A stretch of 64,000 bases of DNA, taken from the NCBI GenBank assembly GCA_963765675.1, contig CAVXXK010000001.1:1984001-2048000 (forward strand), given 5' to 3'. The position numbers and the translations under genes were made by a program. Shown here in pieces: positions 29,147 to 38,692 of this stretch (the first letter of the stretch is position 1; each line of letters begins with the position of its first letter). The notes under the pieces are model-generated. The model was not told the DNA's origin. It ran no database searches and saw nothing but the letters and a program-made list of their open reading frames with translations. Origin of the DNA: an uncultured delta proteobacterium. GTDB taxonomy: Bacteria > Desulfobacterota > Binatia > Binatales > Binataceae.

Positions 29147-30001
29147 GTGGCACGCGCATTCGAGATCCAGCCTCTAAACGCGACCTTTGGCGCCGTCGTG
29201 ACGGGCGTGAAGCTCGCCACGCTCGACGATGCCACGTGGGATGATCTCCATGCCGCGTGGCTCAAGTACGCGCTCCTGATTTTCCCGGGACAGCATCTGA
29301 GCCGCGACGAGCAGGTCGCCTTCGCCAAACGCTTCGGACCGCTCGAGTTCGCGATCGCGGCGCTCAGCAACGTGAAACCCGACGGCACGCTGATCGTCGA
29401 TCAGGACAACGACATCCTGAAGATTCTCAAGGGCAACATGGGATGGCATTGCGACAGCACCTACATGCCCGTGCAGGCCAAGGGAGCGGTGTTCACGGCC
29501 GATATAGTTCCGAAGTCAGGCGGAGCGACCGGGTGGGCCGACATGCGCGCCGCCTACGAGGCGCTCGATGACGCGATGCGCTCGAAGATCGAGCATCTCG
29601 CGGCATACCACTCGCTCCGCTACAGCCAGGCGAAAATCGGGCACACGCCGAAGCCGGGCAGCGACTACAGCGGCTACGGCTTCCACGATGGCCCCGTGCC
29701 GCTGCGTCCGATTGTCAAAGTCCATCCGGAGACGGGCCGCAAGTCGCTGGTGATAGGCCGCCACGCTTACGGCATCCCGAACCTGGACCCCGCCGAGTCC
29801 GAGCGGCTGCTGCAAGAGCTGGTGGACTTCGGCTGCCAACCTCCGCGCATCTATCATCACCAATGGACCTCAGGCGATGCAGTAGTATGGGACAACCGCT
29901 GCCTCCTGCATCAAGCGACGCCATGGGACATGCGCGAACCTCGCACGATGTGGCACAGCCGCATCGCGGGCGACCCCGCTACGGAATCCGCGCTGGCATG
30001 A
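29147..30001 (+). CDS. TauD/TfdA family Fe(II)/2-oxoglutarate dioxygenase
   Basis: WHCDSTY (HxD), HPETGRKSL, WDNRCLLH. Confidence 0.93.
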   Translation: MARAFEIQPLNATFGAVVTGVKLATLDDATWDDLHAAWLKYALLIFPGQHLSRDEQVAFAKRFGPLEFAIAALSNVKPDGTLIVDQDNDILKILKGNMGWHCDSTYMPVQAKGAVFTADIVPKSGGATGWADMRAAYEALDDAMRSKIEHLAAYHSLRYSQAKIGHTPKPGSDYSGYGFHDGPVPLRPIVKVHPETGRKSLVIGRHAYGIPNLDPAESERLLQELVDFGCQPPRIYHHQWTSGDAVVWDNRCLLHQATPWDMREPRTMWHSRIAGDPATESALA

Positions 30002-30013
30002 CTCGCCGGTCCG

Positions 30014-31411
30014 CTATTGTTGGCCGGGCGTTTTTATTCCCGCGGTGTGCAGCGCCTTCTCCTTTGCGCTCTTCAAATCGTAGTATTTGCGCGTGACGAT
30101 GCGCTGCGCGTAGAGTCCGCCGCCCGCCTGCACGTTGGTGACCGCTTTCCATCCACCGTACGCGTCGGCGGTCAGGTCGCGAATCGCATGAAAGAGGCGT
30201 GCGCGATACTCGCCGTCCATCCCGGTCATCGTGCCCATGTATTTGCGCAGGAGCGGACCGGTGACTTCGTTATCGAAGTCGGCGATTCCTGGAGCGGTCA
30301 GAATCGAACCGCCCGAGATGTCGTGCAGATGACGCACCATCACGTTGTAATTTGCCGCCGCATGATACTTGCCCGCGTTGGTGTATAGCTCGTCGGGAAA
30401 CGCGCCTTCGGAGGTGACCTTGCAATTCGCGACGGCGGCTTCGAGCGAGGCGCGCACCAGGGTCGCATGGATGATCATCTCGGAGATTTTCTCCTTGATG
30501 TGGCTCTCGCCGGCCAGACCGTTCGCCTCGGCAATTAGCTGAGCGAACCCAACCAGTTGATCGGCTTCTTCCGCCATCGCGGAGAGGCCGCCCAGCCGCT
30601 CCCACAGACCCAGTGAATGCGCGAAAATCGCCGCGTATTTCACTTCACCATCGAGAAAGACCCGCTCGTTCGGGACAAACACGTCGTCGAAGATCACGAA
30701 GCCTTCGGGCATGTGAGTAATTGAGGAGATCGGAAAGTCGCGCGGGTCCGGATGACGCGGCGCATAGGTGGTATTGACGATCTTCACCCCGGGCGCATTG
30801 ACCGGCACCACGCACGCGATCGCGTAGGATTCCTCCCCGGGCTTCATCGCCTTGGTCGGAATCGTCATCAGCTCGTGGCTCAGCGACGCGCCGGTAATGT
30901 GCAGCTTGGCGCCGCGAATCACCACGCCGTCCTTGCGGCGATCGACTACGTGCGTGTACGCGTCGGGATCGTCCTGCTTGCCGGGAGGGCGACTGCGATC
31001 TCCCTTGGCGTCGGTGATGCACTCGACGATCCGGACGTCGCGGCGCTGCGCACCCTGGACGTAGTGGTGGATACGGTCGGCGTTTTCCGGCAGCGCATCC
31101 GCAATCCGCGTCGCGGCGGTGGTGAGCGTCATGATCGATTGATAGGTGACGGCCGACACGATGTCAGATTCGTGCTGAAGCGGGATCCGCTCCTTCAGCT
31201 CCTCGGCCGAATGCGGAATCGACATCAGCGGACTGACCGCGTCGGGCTTGGGCGAGTACCATCGGTCGTATCCGGCCGCCACTCGCGACACACAAGGTCC
31301 CAGGATCGGATGCCCCACCAAATCGCGCACCCGCTCGCCCTCGAAAAAAGTCTCGCGATTATCGTCAAGCGATTTCTTGTATTGCTCTCCAGTCATCATA
31401 ACGGCAGCCAA
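30014..31411 (-). CDS. 4-hydroxyphenylacetate 3-hydroxylase / 4-hydroxybutyryl-CoA dehydratase family flavoprotein
   Basis: TGEQYKKSL, ITDAKGDRS, GVVIRGAKLHITG, FDDVFVPNERVF. Confidence 0.85.
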   Translation of the reverse strand: MAAVMMTGEQYKKSLDDNRETFFEGERVRDLVGHPILGPCVSRVAAGYDRWYSPKPDAVSPLMSIPHSAEELKERIPLQHESDIVSAVTYQSIMTLTTAATRIADALPENADRIHHYVQGAQRRDVRIVECITDAKGDRSRPPGKQDDPDAYTHVVDRRKDGVVIRGAKLHITGASLSHELMTIPTKAMKPGEESYAIACVVPVNAPGVKIVNTTYAPRHPDPRDFPISSITHMPEGFVIFDDVFVPNERVFLDGEVKYAAIFAHSLGLWERLGGLSAMAEEADQLVGFAQLIAEANGLAGESHIKEKISEMIIHATLVRASLEAAVANCKVTSEGAFPDELYTNAGKYHAAANYNVMVRHLHDISGGSILTAPGIADFDNEVTGPLLRKYMGTMTGMDGEYRARLFHAIRDLTADAYGGWKAVTNVQAGGGLYAQRIVTRKYYDLKSAKEKALHTAGIKTPGQQ

Positions 31412-31576
31412 CTCCTTAAACGGTCTGAAATTTCTCGCGTACGGGCCGAATAGCTCACAGCGCCACGGCCAACGTCACTTATACTGCGCGTCGCGCCTCA
31501 GGTGGTAATGGATCGCGGGGTTTACGTGGACAGCTCAGCGCATTAGCTGACAACGATGAGCACCGGTCCCTTGGGC

Positions 31577-31697
31577 GAGATGAACAGAAAGTCGCTGGTG
31601 ATCTGCCGTCACGCCTACTGCATCCCGAACCTAGACACGCGCTGAATCCGAGCGCCTGCTGGAAGAGCTGGTGGACTTCGCCCGCCAGCCCGCATAG
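31577..31697 (+). pseudogene. Decayed internal fragment of a tauD paralog
   Basis: Aligns by eye to about 29729-29850 (KSLVIxRHAYxIPNLD...ESERLLxELVDF) with a frameshift and no gene ends. Confidence 0.8.
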
Positions 31698-31770
31698 CCA
31701 GTTCCTTGTCTGCCTCTGATGATCTATTGAATCTGATCAGCCAACCTGCCAGAAGGGGACGCTTTGGCGC

Positions 31771-33069
31771 ATGATCAGTTCTGACAGCCGGCCATCGTCA
31801 CTGTTCGAAATCCACGACTTCCGCATCTATCTCGGCGCGACTTTTCTCGCGAGCCTCGCCGTGCAGGCTCAATCTGTCGCCGTCGGATGGCAGGTCTACA
31901 AGATCACGCGCTCGCCGCTCGCTCTCGGCTACGTTGGATTGGTGCAATTCCTGCCTGCGTTGCTGATGATGCTGCCGGCAGGCGCTGTCGCGGATCGATA
32001 CGACCGGCGAATGGTGATGTGCGTGAGCGGGGCGTCTCGCGCGCTCACGGCAGCCGCCTTCGTTGCGCTCTCAATCGCAAAGGTCGAGCTGATCTGGCCG
32101 TTCTATGCGACGCTCGCGGTTTTCGCCGCGGCGCGCACGTTCGCTGCTCCCGCGGCCGACTCGCTCCTGCCGCGCGTGGTTCCGGAGTTGCGATTCGCCG
32201 ACGCGGTCGCATGGTCTTCCTCGACTGGCCAGATCGCAATCATTGCGGGTCCCGCTTTGGGCGGTACGCTTTACCTCCTCGGCCCGACTCCGGCATACGC
32301 GGCTTGCTGCGTGCTGTTCCTCATAAGTGCGATCGGCGCGGCCGCAATTCAAACCAGGAGCCGAGGCGAAATTCAACACGGCGCGAGCCGTCTCGCGACG
32401 CTCACCGCGGGCATTTCATACGTGCGCGCGCATCGAATCATCCTCGGAGCGATCTCGCTTGACCTGTTTGCGGTACTGCTCGGTGGCGCCACGGCGCTTT
32501 TACCGATCTACGCTCGTGACATTCTGCACGTCGGCCCCGCGCGGCTCGGCCTGATGAGGAGCGCGCCAGCCGCAGGCGCGGTCATGATGGGCGTCGCGCT
32601 CAGCAGGAGGCCGCTTACGCGCAAATCGGGCGCCAGAATGTTCGCGTGCGTCGGAATATTCGGCACCGCGACGATCGCGTTCGGCCTCTCGACCAGTTTT
32701 GTCCTTTCACTTGGGATGCTGACGACGCTCGGCGCCGCAGACATGGTCAGCGTTTATGTGCGACGAACCTTGATGCAGCTTGCGACACCCGACGTGATGC
32801 GTGGGCGCGTAAGCTCGGTCGAGAGACTCTTCGTCGGCGCGTCCAATGAACTCGGCGGCTTCGAATCGGGCGTCACCGCCGAATGGTTTGGTACCGTTCC
32901 TTCGGTGGTGATCGGCGGCATCGGGACGCTAGTGGTTGTCGCGCTCTGGTGGTGGGGATTCCCCGAGATTCGGGATATAGACAACCTCGCGGACGTGAGG
33001 CCATACGAAGCGCCTGCCGAAACTTCGACGTCACATCCGCCCCGCACCGGAACATCACGTCGGGTGTGA
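31771..33069 (+). CDS. MFS transporter (EntS/DHA3-like)
   Basis: AVGWQVY, GAVADRYDRR, LDLFAVLLGGATALLP, GASNELGGFESG. Confidence 0.92.
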   Translation: MISSDSRPSSLFEIHDFRIYLGATFLASLAVQAQSVAVGWQVYKITRSPLALGYVGLVQFLPALLMMLPAGAVADRYDRRMVMCVSGASRALTAAAFVALSIAKVELIWPFYATLAVFAAARTFAAPAADSLLPRVVPELRFADAVAWSSSTGQIAIIAGPALGGTLYLLGPTPAYAACCVLFLISAIGAAAIQTRSRGEIQHGASRLATLTAGISYVRAHRIILGAISLDLFAVLLGGATALLPIYARDILHVGPARLGLMRSAPAAGAVMMGVALSRRPLTRKSGARMFACVGIFGTATIAFGLSTSFVLSLGMLTTLGAADMVSVYVRRTLMQLATPDVMRGRVSSVERLFVGASNELGGFESGVTAEWFGTVPSVVIGGIGTLVVVALWWWGFPEIRDIDNLADVRPYEAPAETSTSHPPRTGTSRRV

Positions 33070-33106
33070 ATCTATCGCGAAGGTGGGAAGCGAAGATCGG
33101 CGGACG

Positions 33107-33550
33107 CTACGGCTTAAGCGGCTGTCCGGAGCGAATGTAGTGCAAATGGCCAACGAGCCGGTAACCCGCGTCAGGTCCGCGATCCTTGGGATGAGTGATC
33201 CCGTCGAATACTGGTACTTCGTCAAAGTCGAACGGGCTCACGCCCTTTAAGCATGCCGCGTTGATGCCATATTGATTGGGATTCGAGCGTCGTCGGTGAT
33301 GTGTGTAGATGCCGCATTTGGAGCAAAAATAATGCTCCGCCACACCTGTGTTGAATCGATAAAGTGTCAGTGCTTCTTCACCGGACTCGAACGTAATGTC
33401 TCCGAGCTCGGCAGACACAGCCACTGCACCTCTCATCCGACAATACGAACACGTGCAACGGCGGGCGGTCTTGAGACCATCCAATAACTTAACTCTAAAG
33501 CGCACCGTCCCGCAGTGACATGCGGCTTCCATTTCATCACGTTGGTCCAT
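33107..33550 (-). CDS. GFA/CENP-V family Zn-binding protein
   Basis: [22 protein letters not shown]. Confidence 0.9.
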   Translation of the reverse strand: MDQRDEMEAACHCGTVRFRVKLLDGLKTARRCTCSYCRMRGAVAVSAELGDITFESGEEALTLYRFNTGVAEHYFCSKCGIYTHHRRRSNPNQYGINAACLKGVSPFDFDEVPVFDGITHPKDRGPDAGYRLVGHLHYIRSGQPLKP

Positions 33551-33610
33551 CGCATTCTGGTCCTCACTATGTCGCGACCGGCGGGGCGGAGATGATTCTC
33601 AAAATCTGAA

Positions 33611-33640
33611 AACAGCCCAAGAACAGCCCAAATTGGCCCG
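33611..33640. repeat. Short direct repeats downstream of the tRNA (possible integrase arm-type sites)
   Basis: AACAGCCCAA at 33611 and 33622 plus a degenerate third copy, about 75-100 bp past the tRNA 3' end. Confidence 0.45.
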
Positions 33641-33713
33641 AGCCGTCGCTCACGCTCGAGCGTGCATATCTTTGGCAATTCGACAAAACCATTGACGCAG
33701 TGGGTTGATCTGA

Positions 33714-33799
33714 TGGTACCGAGGGCGGGACTTGAACCCGCATGTCCGTGAGGACGGAGGATTTTGAGTCCTCTGCGTCTGCCATTTCGCCACCTCGGC
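33714..33799 (-). tRNA. tRNA-Leu (CAA)
   Basis: GCCGAGGTGGCGAAATGGCAGACGCA-GAGGACTCAAAATCCTC-long variable arm-GGTTCAAGTCC-CTCGGTACCA; CCA encoded. Confidence 0.96.
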
Positions 33800-33953
33800 A
33801 TCCCGGTCGTCCACTCCACTTATACGAGACCTTCAATACTCCGGCAACGGTGGCACGTCGGTTGCTCCCCCTTCTCTCCGTGTCGATCTTTGATGTCCTG
33901 ATTCGGGACGCGTAGGCGATCGCGCGACGATATCGCTCGCATACGGAGAATTC

Positions 33954-34622
33954 ATGTCTCAATTGGAAGCTACCGTCCCGCTGATTGCGGCGCCGCTCTC
34001 GATTAAGCCGCCGGCGGTTTCTTCGGCGGGATTGAAACATGCTCTTGGAAACGTGCTGCTCGCGGCGTCGTTCTTCGTTGCCGCGTTGCCGAGTGCGAAC
34101 CAGGCTCCGATCGATCTCGCCAACGCGATCTGGATTATCGGCGCCGTCATCATGGGAGCGTTCTCGCTCGTTCGCCTGCCGCCGAAAACCGCGATGGTGA
34201 CGGTGCCTGCGATTGCGGCCTCTGCCGGGATGCTCGTGATTCCGTGCCTGATGCGTCCGGTCTCGCCCTCAGACGGGTTGCCGGCGATCGTGGGAATCGC
34301 GCTCGAGCTGGTTGGCGTGGCGCTCTCGCAGATCGCGCGAATCTACATGGGGCGGAGCTTCGGAATTCTGCCGGCGAATCGAGGCCTCGTGTCGACGGGG
34401 CCGTTCTCGAGCGTGCGTCATCCGATCTATCTCGGATGGCTCATCCTCACGATTGGATTTGCGTTCTCGTATCCGACCGCGCGCAACGTGCTTTTGATCG
34501 TCGCGTCAATTCCGTTCATGGTCTGGCGAATCCAGATGGAAGAAGGGCTGCTCGCGCTCGAGCCCGACTACCGCGCCTACCAGCACAAGGTCCGGTTCCG
34601 GTTATGGCCGGGAGTGATCTGA
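33954..34622 (+). CDS. Isoprenylcysteine carboxylmethyltransferase/PEMT family membrane methyltransferase
   Basis: GRSFGILPANRGLVSTGPF..VRHPIY, RIQMEE, YRAY. Confidence 0.85.
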   Translation: MSQLEATVPLIAAPLSIKPPAVSSAGLKHALGNVLLAASFFVAALPSANQAPIDLANAIWIIGAVIMGAFSLVRLPPKTAMVTVPAIAASAGMLVIPCLMRPVSPSDGLPAIVGIALELVGVALSQIARIYMGRSFGILPANRGLVSTGPFSSVRHPIYLGWLILTIGFAFSYPTARNVLLIVASIPFMVWRIQMEEGLLALEPDYRAYQHKVRFRLWPGVI

Positions 34623-34661
34623 AACGAACCCAACTTTTTAAACAACCTAACTTTCGCGTGC

Positions 34662-37600
34662 TTAATCGATCGTTCGCTGCCGCGTTCCGAGCAGATAAAT
34701 TCCACCCGCGATGTGCGTCGACAGCAGCATCGCGAATATCAGTCCTCCAATCACCGCGATACTAAGTGGCTGCTGCACCTTCGCGCCCGCGCCGAGGCCA
34801 AGAGCGAGCGGAAACAGCCCGGCGGCGGTCGCGAGCGTCGTCATCAGGATCGGCCGCATCCGGATACGCGCGGCGTCGGCGAGCGCCTCGATCGGCCTAA
34901 GCCCCGCCGCAACCTCGTGTTCGGCGTGATCAAGCAACAGGATTCCATTTTTCGCCGTGATGCCGGCGACCATGATGATCCCCATAAACGACGAGATGTT
35001 GAGCGTGATACCGGTGAGGTCGAGGCCGAGGAAGCTCCCGGCCAGCGACGCTACCGCCGCGATCAGGCACGCCAGCGCGGGAGTCAGGCGGCCAAATTCC
35101 CAGACCAGGATTAGAAACATCGTGACGGTCCCTGCGATCAGCACCAGGGCAAGTTGGCTGAACGCCTGCTGTTGCTGCGCGTAGAGCCCTCCGTATTCGA
35201 GCGTGACGCCGGCAGGGAGCGGAAATCTCGCCAGCGCCGTGCGCACGTGATTCATCGCGGTTCCGAGATCGACGCCCTCGAGCCGCGCGGTGACGTGGAC
35301 GACGGGACGCAGGCGCTCGCGATTCATCTCGGTCTTCTCGCCCGTGAAATCAAATTTCGTCACCGAGGAGAGTGGAACCCGGCCGTTGGAGGGCGTCTTG
35401 AGCATCACTTCGGACAGTGCGCCGAGGTCGAGATGAAACTGCTCGGGGTAGCGCACGCGCACGCCGACCAACCGATCGCCCATCCGGATATTGGTCGCGA
35501 CGGTTCCTTGGACGATCGCGTGCAGCGCGGTCTGGATATCGGTGGCCGAGAGTCCATAGCGCGCGGCCGCGGATTGGTTGACCAGCACTTCCTCCTCGGG
35601 GCTGCTCAGCACCACGCCGCTGAACACGTCCACCAGGCCGGGAATCTTGCGCAGCTCGGCAGCGACGCGGCGCGCGGTGGCTTCGATCTGATTCTGATCG
35701 GCGCCGAAGACCTTTACTTCGATCGGTTGCGGCGTTCCCGAAAGATCGCCGAGCAGATCCTGCAGCATCTGCGAGAAATCGACCTGCACACCCGGAACGG
35801 ACGCGAGCACGCGGCTGCGGACGGAACGGATGATCTGGTCGATTCCGCGGGTGCGATTGGCTTTTAGACGCACCGAGAAGTCGCCGGTGTTCGATTCGCT
35901 GAGCTGAAAACCGAGTTGGGTGCCGGTGCGGCGCGAGAACGCCGCTACCTCGGGCGTCGCGAGCAGGATCTGCTGGATCCGGCCGAGCATCGCCTGCGTA
36001 TCGGCCAGCGTGCTCTCGGGCGGGGTGATATAGTCGAGGATGAACTCGCCTTCGTCAAGCGCGGGCATGTAGTCCGTTCCGACGCTTCCGTACAACAAGA
36101 CCGCCGCGCCGATTGCGATTGCCGCGAGCACAACCGACAGCATCGGAACCCGCATAACCGGACGCAGCGTGAAAAGGTATGCGTCGCGCAGCAGATCGAA
36201 CAGGCGCCCCGGTTCGCGGCTCTTGCGGCGAATCGGTTCGACGATCATCTCGAGTGCCGGCGTGAAATACAGCGCCAGCGCCAGCGAGATCGCGAGACCG
36301 GCTCCGAGCGTCGCGGCCAGTGAGCGAAAGAACACGCCGGTCACGCCGCTTACGAACACCAGCGGCGCGAATACGACGATTACCGTCAGCGTCGATGCGA
36401 CCAGGGCGCGCGAGAGTTCGGTGAGCGCGGCGGGAACCGCGTCGATCGTCGCCTTCCCGGAAGAGCGCGCGCGATGGATCGCTTCGATCATCACGATCGC
36501 ATCGTCGATGAACAAGCCGATTCCGGCGGCGAGTCCGCCGAGCGTCATCATGTTGAAGGTCAACCCCGCGGCTTTCATCACGACGAATGTAATCGCAAGC
36601 GTACACGGCACCACGATTGCGGCGACGGCCGCGCTGGCGAGGCTGCGCGTGAATGCGAACACCACCAATACTGCGAGCACCAGTCCGAGCACGATTGCGT
36701 CGCGCACGCTCAGAAAAGATTCAGTCACCAGCACGGACTGATCGTAGGACAGTGAGAAATCGACATTCGGATACCGCTGGCGCATCGTATTCAGGATCGC
36801 GTGCGTTTGGGCGGAGATCGCATTGGTGTTGCCAGCCGGCTGGCGCGAGATTCCCACCAGCACCGCGGGCCCGTGCTCGGAGGCGGTACGGATATAATCC
36901 TCGCGGATACCCAACTCGACCGCGCCCACATCACTTACCCGCACCGGCGTGCCTTTGGCGCTGGCAACGGGCAGGGCGGCCAGTTCATCCGCGTCGTGAA
37001 CGTTGTCGGTGACGACCGTCAGGAGCATCCGATGCGAATCGAGCACCCGGCCGGCGGAAGCGACGATATTTGCCTTGGCGAGGCCGTCAACGATCTCCTG
37101 CGGCGAAAGGTTGTGCTCGAGCATCCGCGTCGGATCCAGGCGCACCACAAACTCCCGGTATTTTCCGCCGACCACCTCGACCCGATAGACGCCGGCGATT
37201 CGGTGGAAGCTGGGCACCACGTCGTAGAGCGCGATATCCGTCAGGTCGGCCAGGCTGCGGCCCTTTGAACTCATGCTCACATCGAGGATCGGAAACGTGC
37301 CGCTGGTCAGCAGCCGGGTTGCGATGTCGGTCCCGCCGGGAAGCCGCGCCCGCACCTCGCCGAGCGCGGCGTTAAGCAGTTGATATGAAGTCATCGGATT
37401 GGCGGACGAAGCAAAGTTGACGTCGATCTCCGAGCTGCCGCGCGTGGTCGTCGAGCGAACCAGGCTTACGCCGACGACGCCGTAGGCCGCCTCTTCGAGC
37501 GGACGCGTGACGCTCACCAGCATCTGTTCTGAGGGAAGGTCGCCGCTGTCGGCCAGGATGATCGCACGGCCGAAGGTGACCTCGGGAAATACCGAGCTCG

Positions 37601-37682
37601 GGATCGAAAATGCGAGGACGACGCCGAGTGCGCTCAGCGCAAGGACCGACAGAACCGCCAGTGTCGAATTGATGGGGCGCAT
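34662..37682 (-). CDS. RND efflux permease
   Basis: 1006 aa; GLFIDDAIVMIE, DEGEFIL, AKNGILL, RMRPILMTTLA. Confidence 0.95.
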   Translation of the reverse strand: MRPINSTLAVLSVLALSALGVVLAFSIPSSVFPEVTFGRAIILADSGDLPSEQMLVSVTRPLEEAAYGVVGVSLVRSTTTRGSSEIDVNFASSANPMTSYQLLNAALGEVRARLPGGTDIATRLLTSGTFPILDVSMSSKGRSLADLTDIALYDVVPSFHRIAGVYRVEVVGGKYREFVVRLDPTRMLEHNLSPQEIVDGLAKANIVASAGRVLDSHRMLLTVVTDNVHDADELAALPVASAKGTPVRVSDVGAVELGIREDYIRTASEHGPAVLVGISRQPAGNTNAISAQTHAILNTMRQRYPNVDFSLSYDQSVLVTESFLSVRDAIVLGLVLAVLVVFAFTRSLASAAVAAIVVPCTLAITFVVMKAAGLTFNMMTLGGLAAGIGLFIDDAIVMIEAIHRARSSGKATIDAVPAALTELSRALVASTLTVIVVFAPLVFVSGVTGVFFRSLAATLGAGLAISLALALYFTPALEMIVEPIRRKSREPGRLFDLLRDAYLFTLRPVMRVPMLSVVLAAIAIGAAVLLYGSVGTDYMPALDEGEFILDYITPPESTLADTQAMLGRIQQILLATPEVAAFSRRTGTQLGFQLSESNTGDFSVRLKANRTRGIDQIIRSVRSRVLASVPGVQVDFSQMLQDLLGDLSGTPQPIEVKVFGADQNQIEATARRVAAELRKIPGLVDVFSGVVLSSPEEEVLVNQSAAARYGLSATDIQTALHAIVQGTVATNIRMGDRLVGVRVRYPEQFHLDLGALSEVMLKTPSNGRVPLSSVTKFDFTGEKTEMNRERLRPVVHVTARLEGVDLGTAMNHVRTALARFPLPAGVTLEYGGLYAQQQQAFSQLALVLIAGTVTMFLILVWEFGRLTPALACLIAAVASLAGSFLGLDLTGITLNISSFMGIIMVAGITAKNGILLLDHAEHEVAAGLRPIEALADAARIRMRPILMTTLATAAGLFPLALGLGAGAKVQQPLSIAVIGGLIFAMLLSTHIAGGIYLLGTRQRTID

Positions 37683-37684
37683 CG

Positions 37685-38692
37685 CTAGGGCGCGGCTCCG
37701 ACTTTGACCTTCAGGCCGTCGGACAAGGCGTAACCGCCCGAAGTGATCACTTGATCTCTGGCCTTGACCCCGCCGATAACCTGCACGCGATCGCCGTTGC
37801 GGATTCCAAGCGAGACGTCGACGCGATGCGCCCTGCCGTCGTCGCCGACGACGAAGACGTGATAGTGATTCATACCCGCGTCCTGGAACAACGCGACCGA
37901 CGGAACCACGATCGCGTCGGGAACCTCCGACACCACGATGCGCACTTCGACCGGCGCGTCGGTCTCGTAGATTCCCTGCGGACGCACGAAATCGATCCTG
38001 ACGGGTGCGGTCGCGCTCTGCATGTCGAAGGAAGGAAAGATGGCGGCGACACGCGCGGGGAACTCGACCCCGGGACGCAACGGCGAGGTGACGGTAGCGG
38101 CCATCCCCGGATGGAGCAGATGGATGTCACCGATCGGCACAGGAGCGTTGACGTAGATGCTGGCCGGATTGACCAGCTCGGCGATCGTGTCGAGATCGGC
38201 GACTATCTGGCCGCTGACCACCGGCGGCGCGGCAACTACTCCTGACTCAGGCGCGATAACCGGAATTCCCGGACCTTTGTCATAACGTCCGACCGATTTG
38301 CCGAGGGCGGAGGCATCCTGAGGGTCGAGCCTCTGCGCGACCGAGAGTCCGGCACGAGCGGCGTCGATCTCGCGATTGACGACGTGCGCGATCACCTGTC
38401 CCTTGCGGACCATATCTCCGTTCTTGATATGGATATTGCTCACGCGGCCCGCCGTAGGCGAGCGAATGGTAACGCGGGTGAGCGCGACCGTGCTGCCCAG
38501 CACGTGCAACTCTTTGCGCATCGGCGCAGTCTCCGCGCGCGCGGCCGTCACCATCAGGACTGGAGGAAGGGCGGGCGCGTCGCTCTCATCGTCGCTGGAA
38601 TGCGCGCCGCGGCATCCCGCAGCGACGAAAATCGCGAGCGCCGCGCCCAAAGCGAGCGCGATCCGAGTGGGTTTGAAATTGGGTAAGATCAC
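37685..38692 (-). CDS. RND periplasmic adaptor (MFP) lipoprotein
   Basis: Lipobox VAAGC; IRSPTAGRV...GDMVRKGQ; VITSGGYALSDG. Confidence 0.9.
   Translation of the reverse strand: MILPNFKPTRIALALGAALAIFVAAGCRGAHSSDDESDAPALPPVLMVTAARAETAPMRKELHVLGSTVALTRVTIRSPTAGRVSNIHIKNGDMVRKGQVIAHVVNREIDAARAGLSVAQRLDPQDASALGKSVGRYDKGPGIPVIAPESGVVAAPPVVSGQIVADLDTIAELVNPASIYVNAPVPIGDIHLLHPGMAATVTSPLRPGVEFPARVAAIFPSFDMQSATAPVRIDFVRPQGIYETDAPVEVRIVVSEVPDAIVVPSVALFQDAGMNHYHVFVVGDDGRAHRVDVSLGIRNGDRVQVIGGVKARDQVITSGGYALSDGLKVKVGAAP

Noticed and set aside
33954-34622. Possible MddA methanethiol S-methyltransferase, given the SBP56 gene about 8 kb away
   Set aside because: Motifs fit the generic ICMT/PEMT-like family (GRSFGILPANRG); no MddA-specific features recognised
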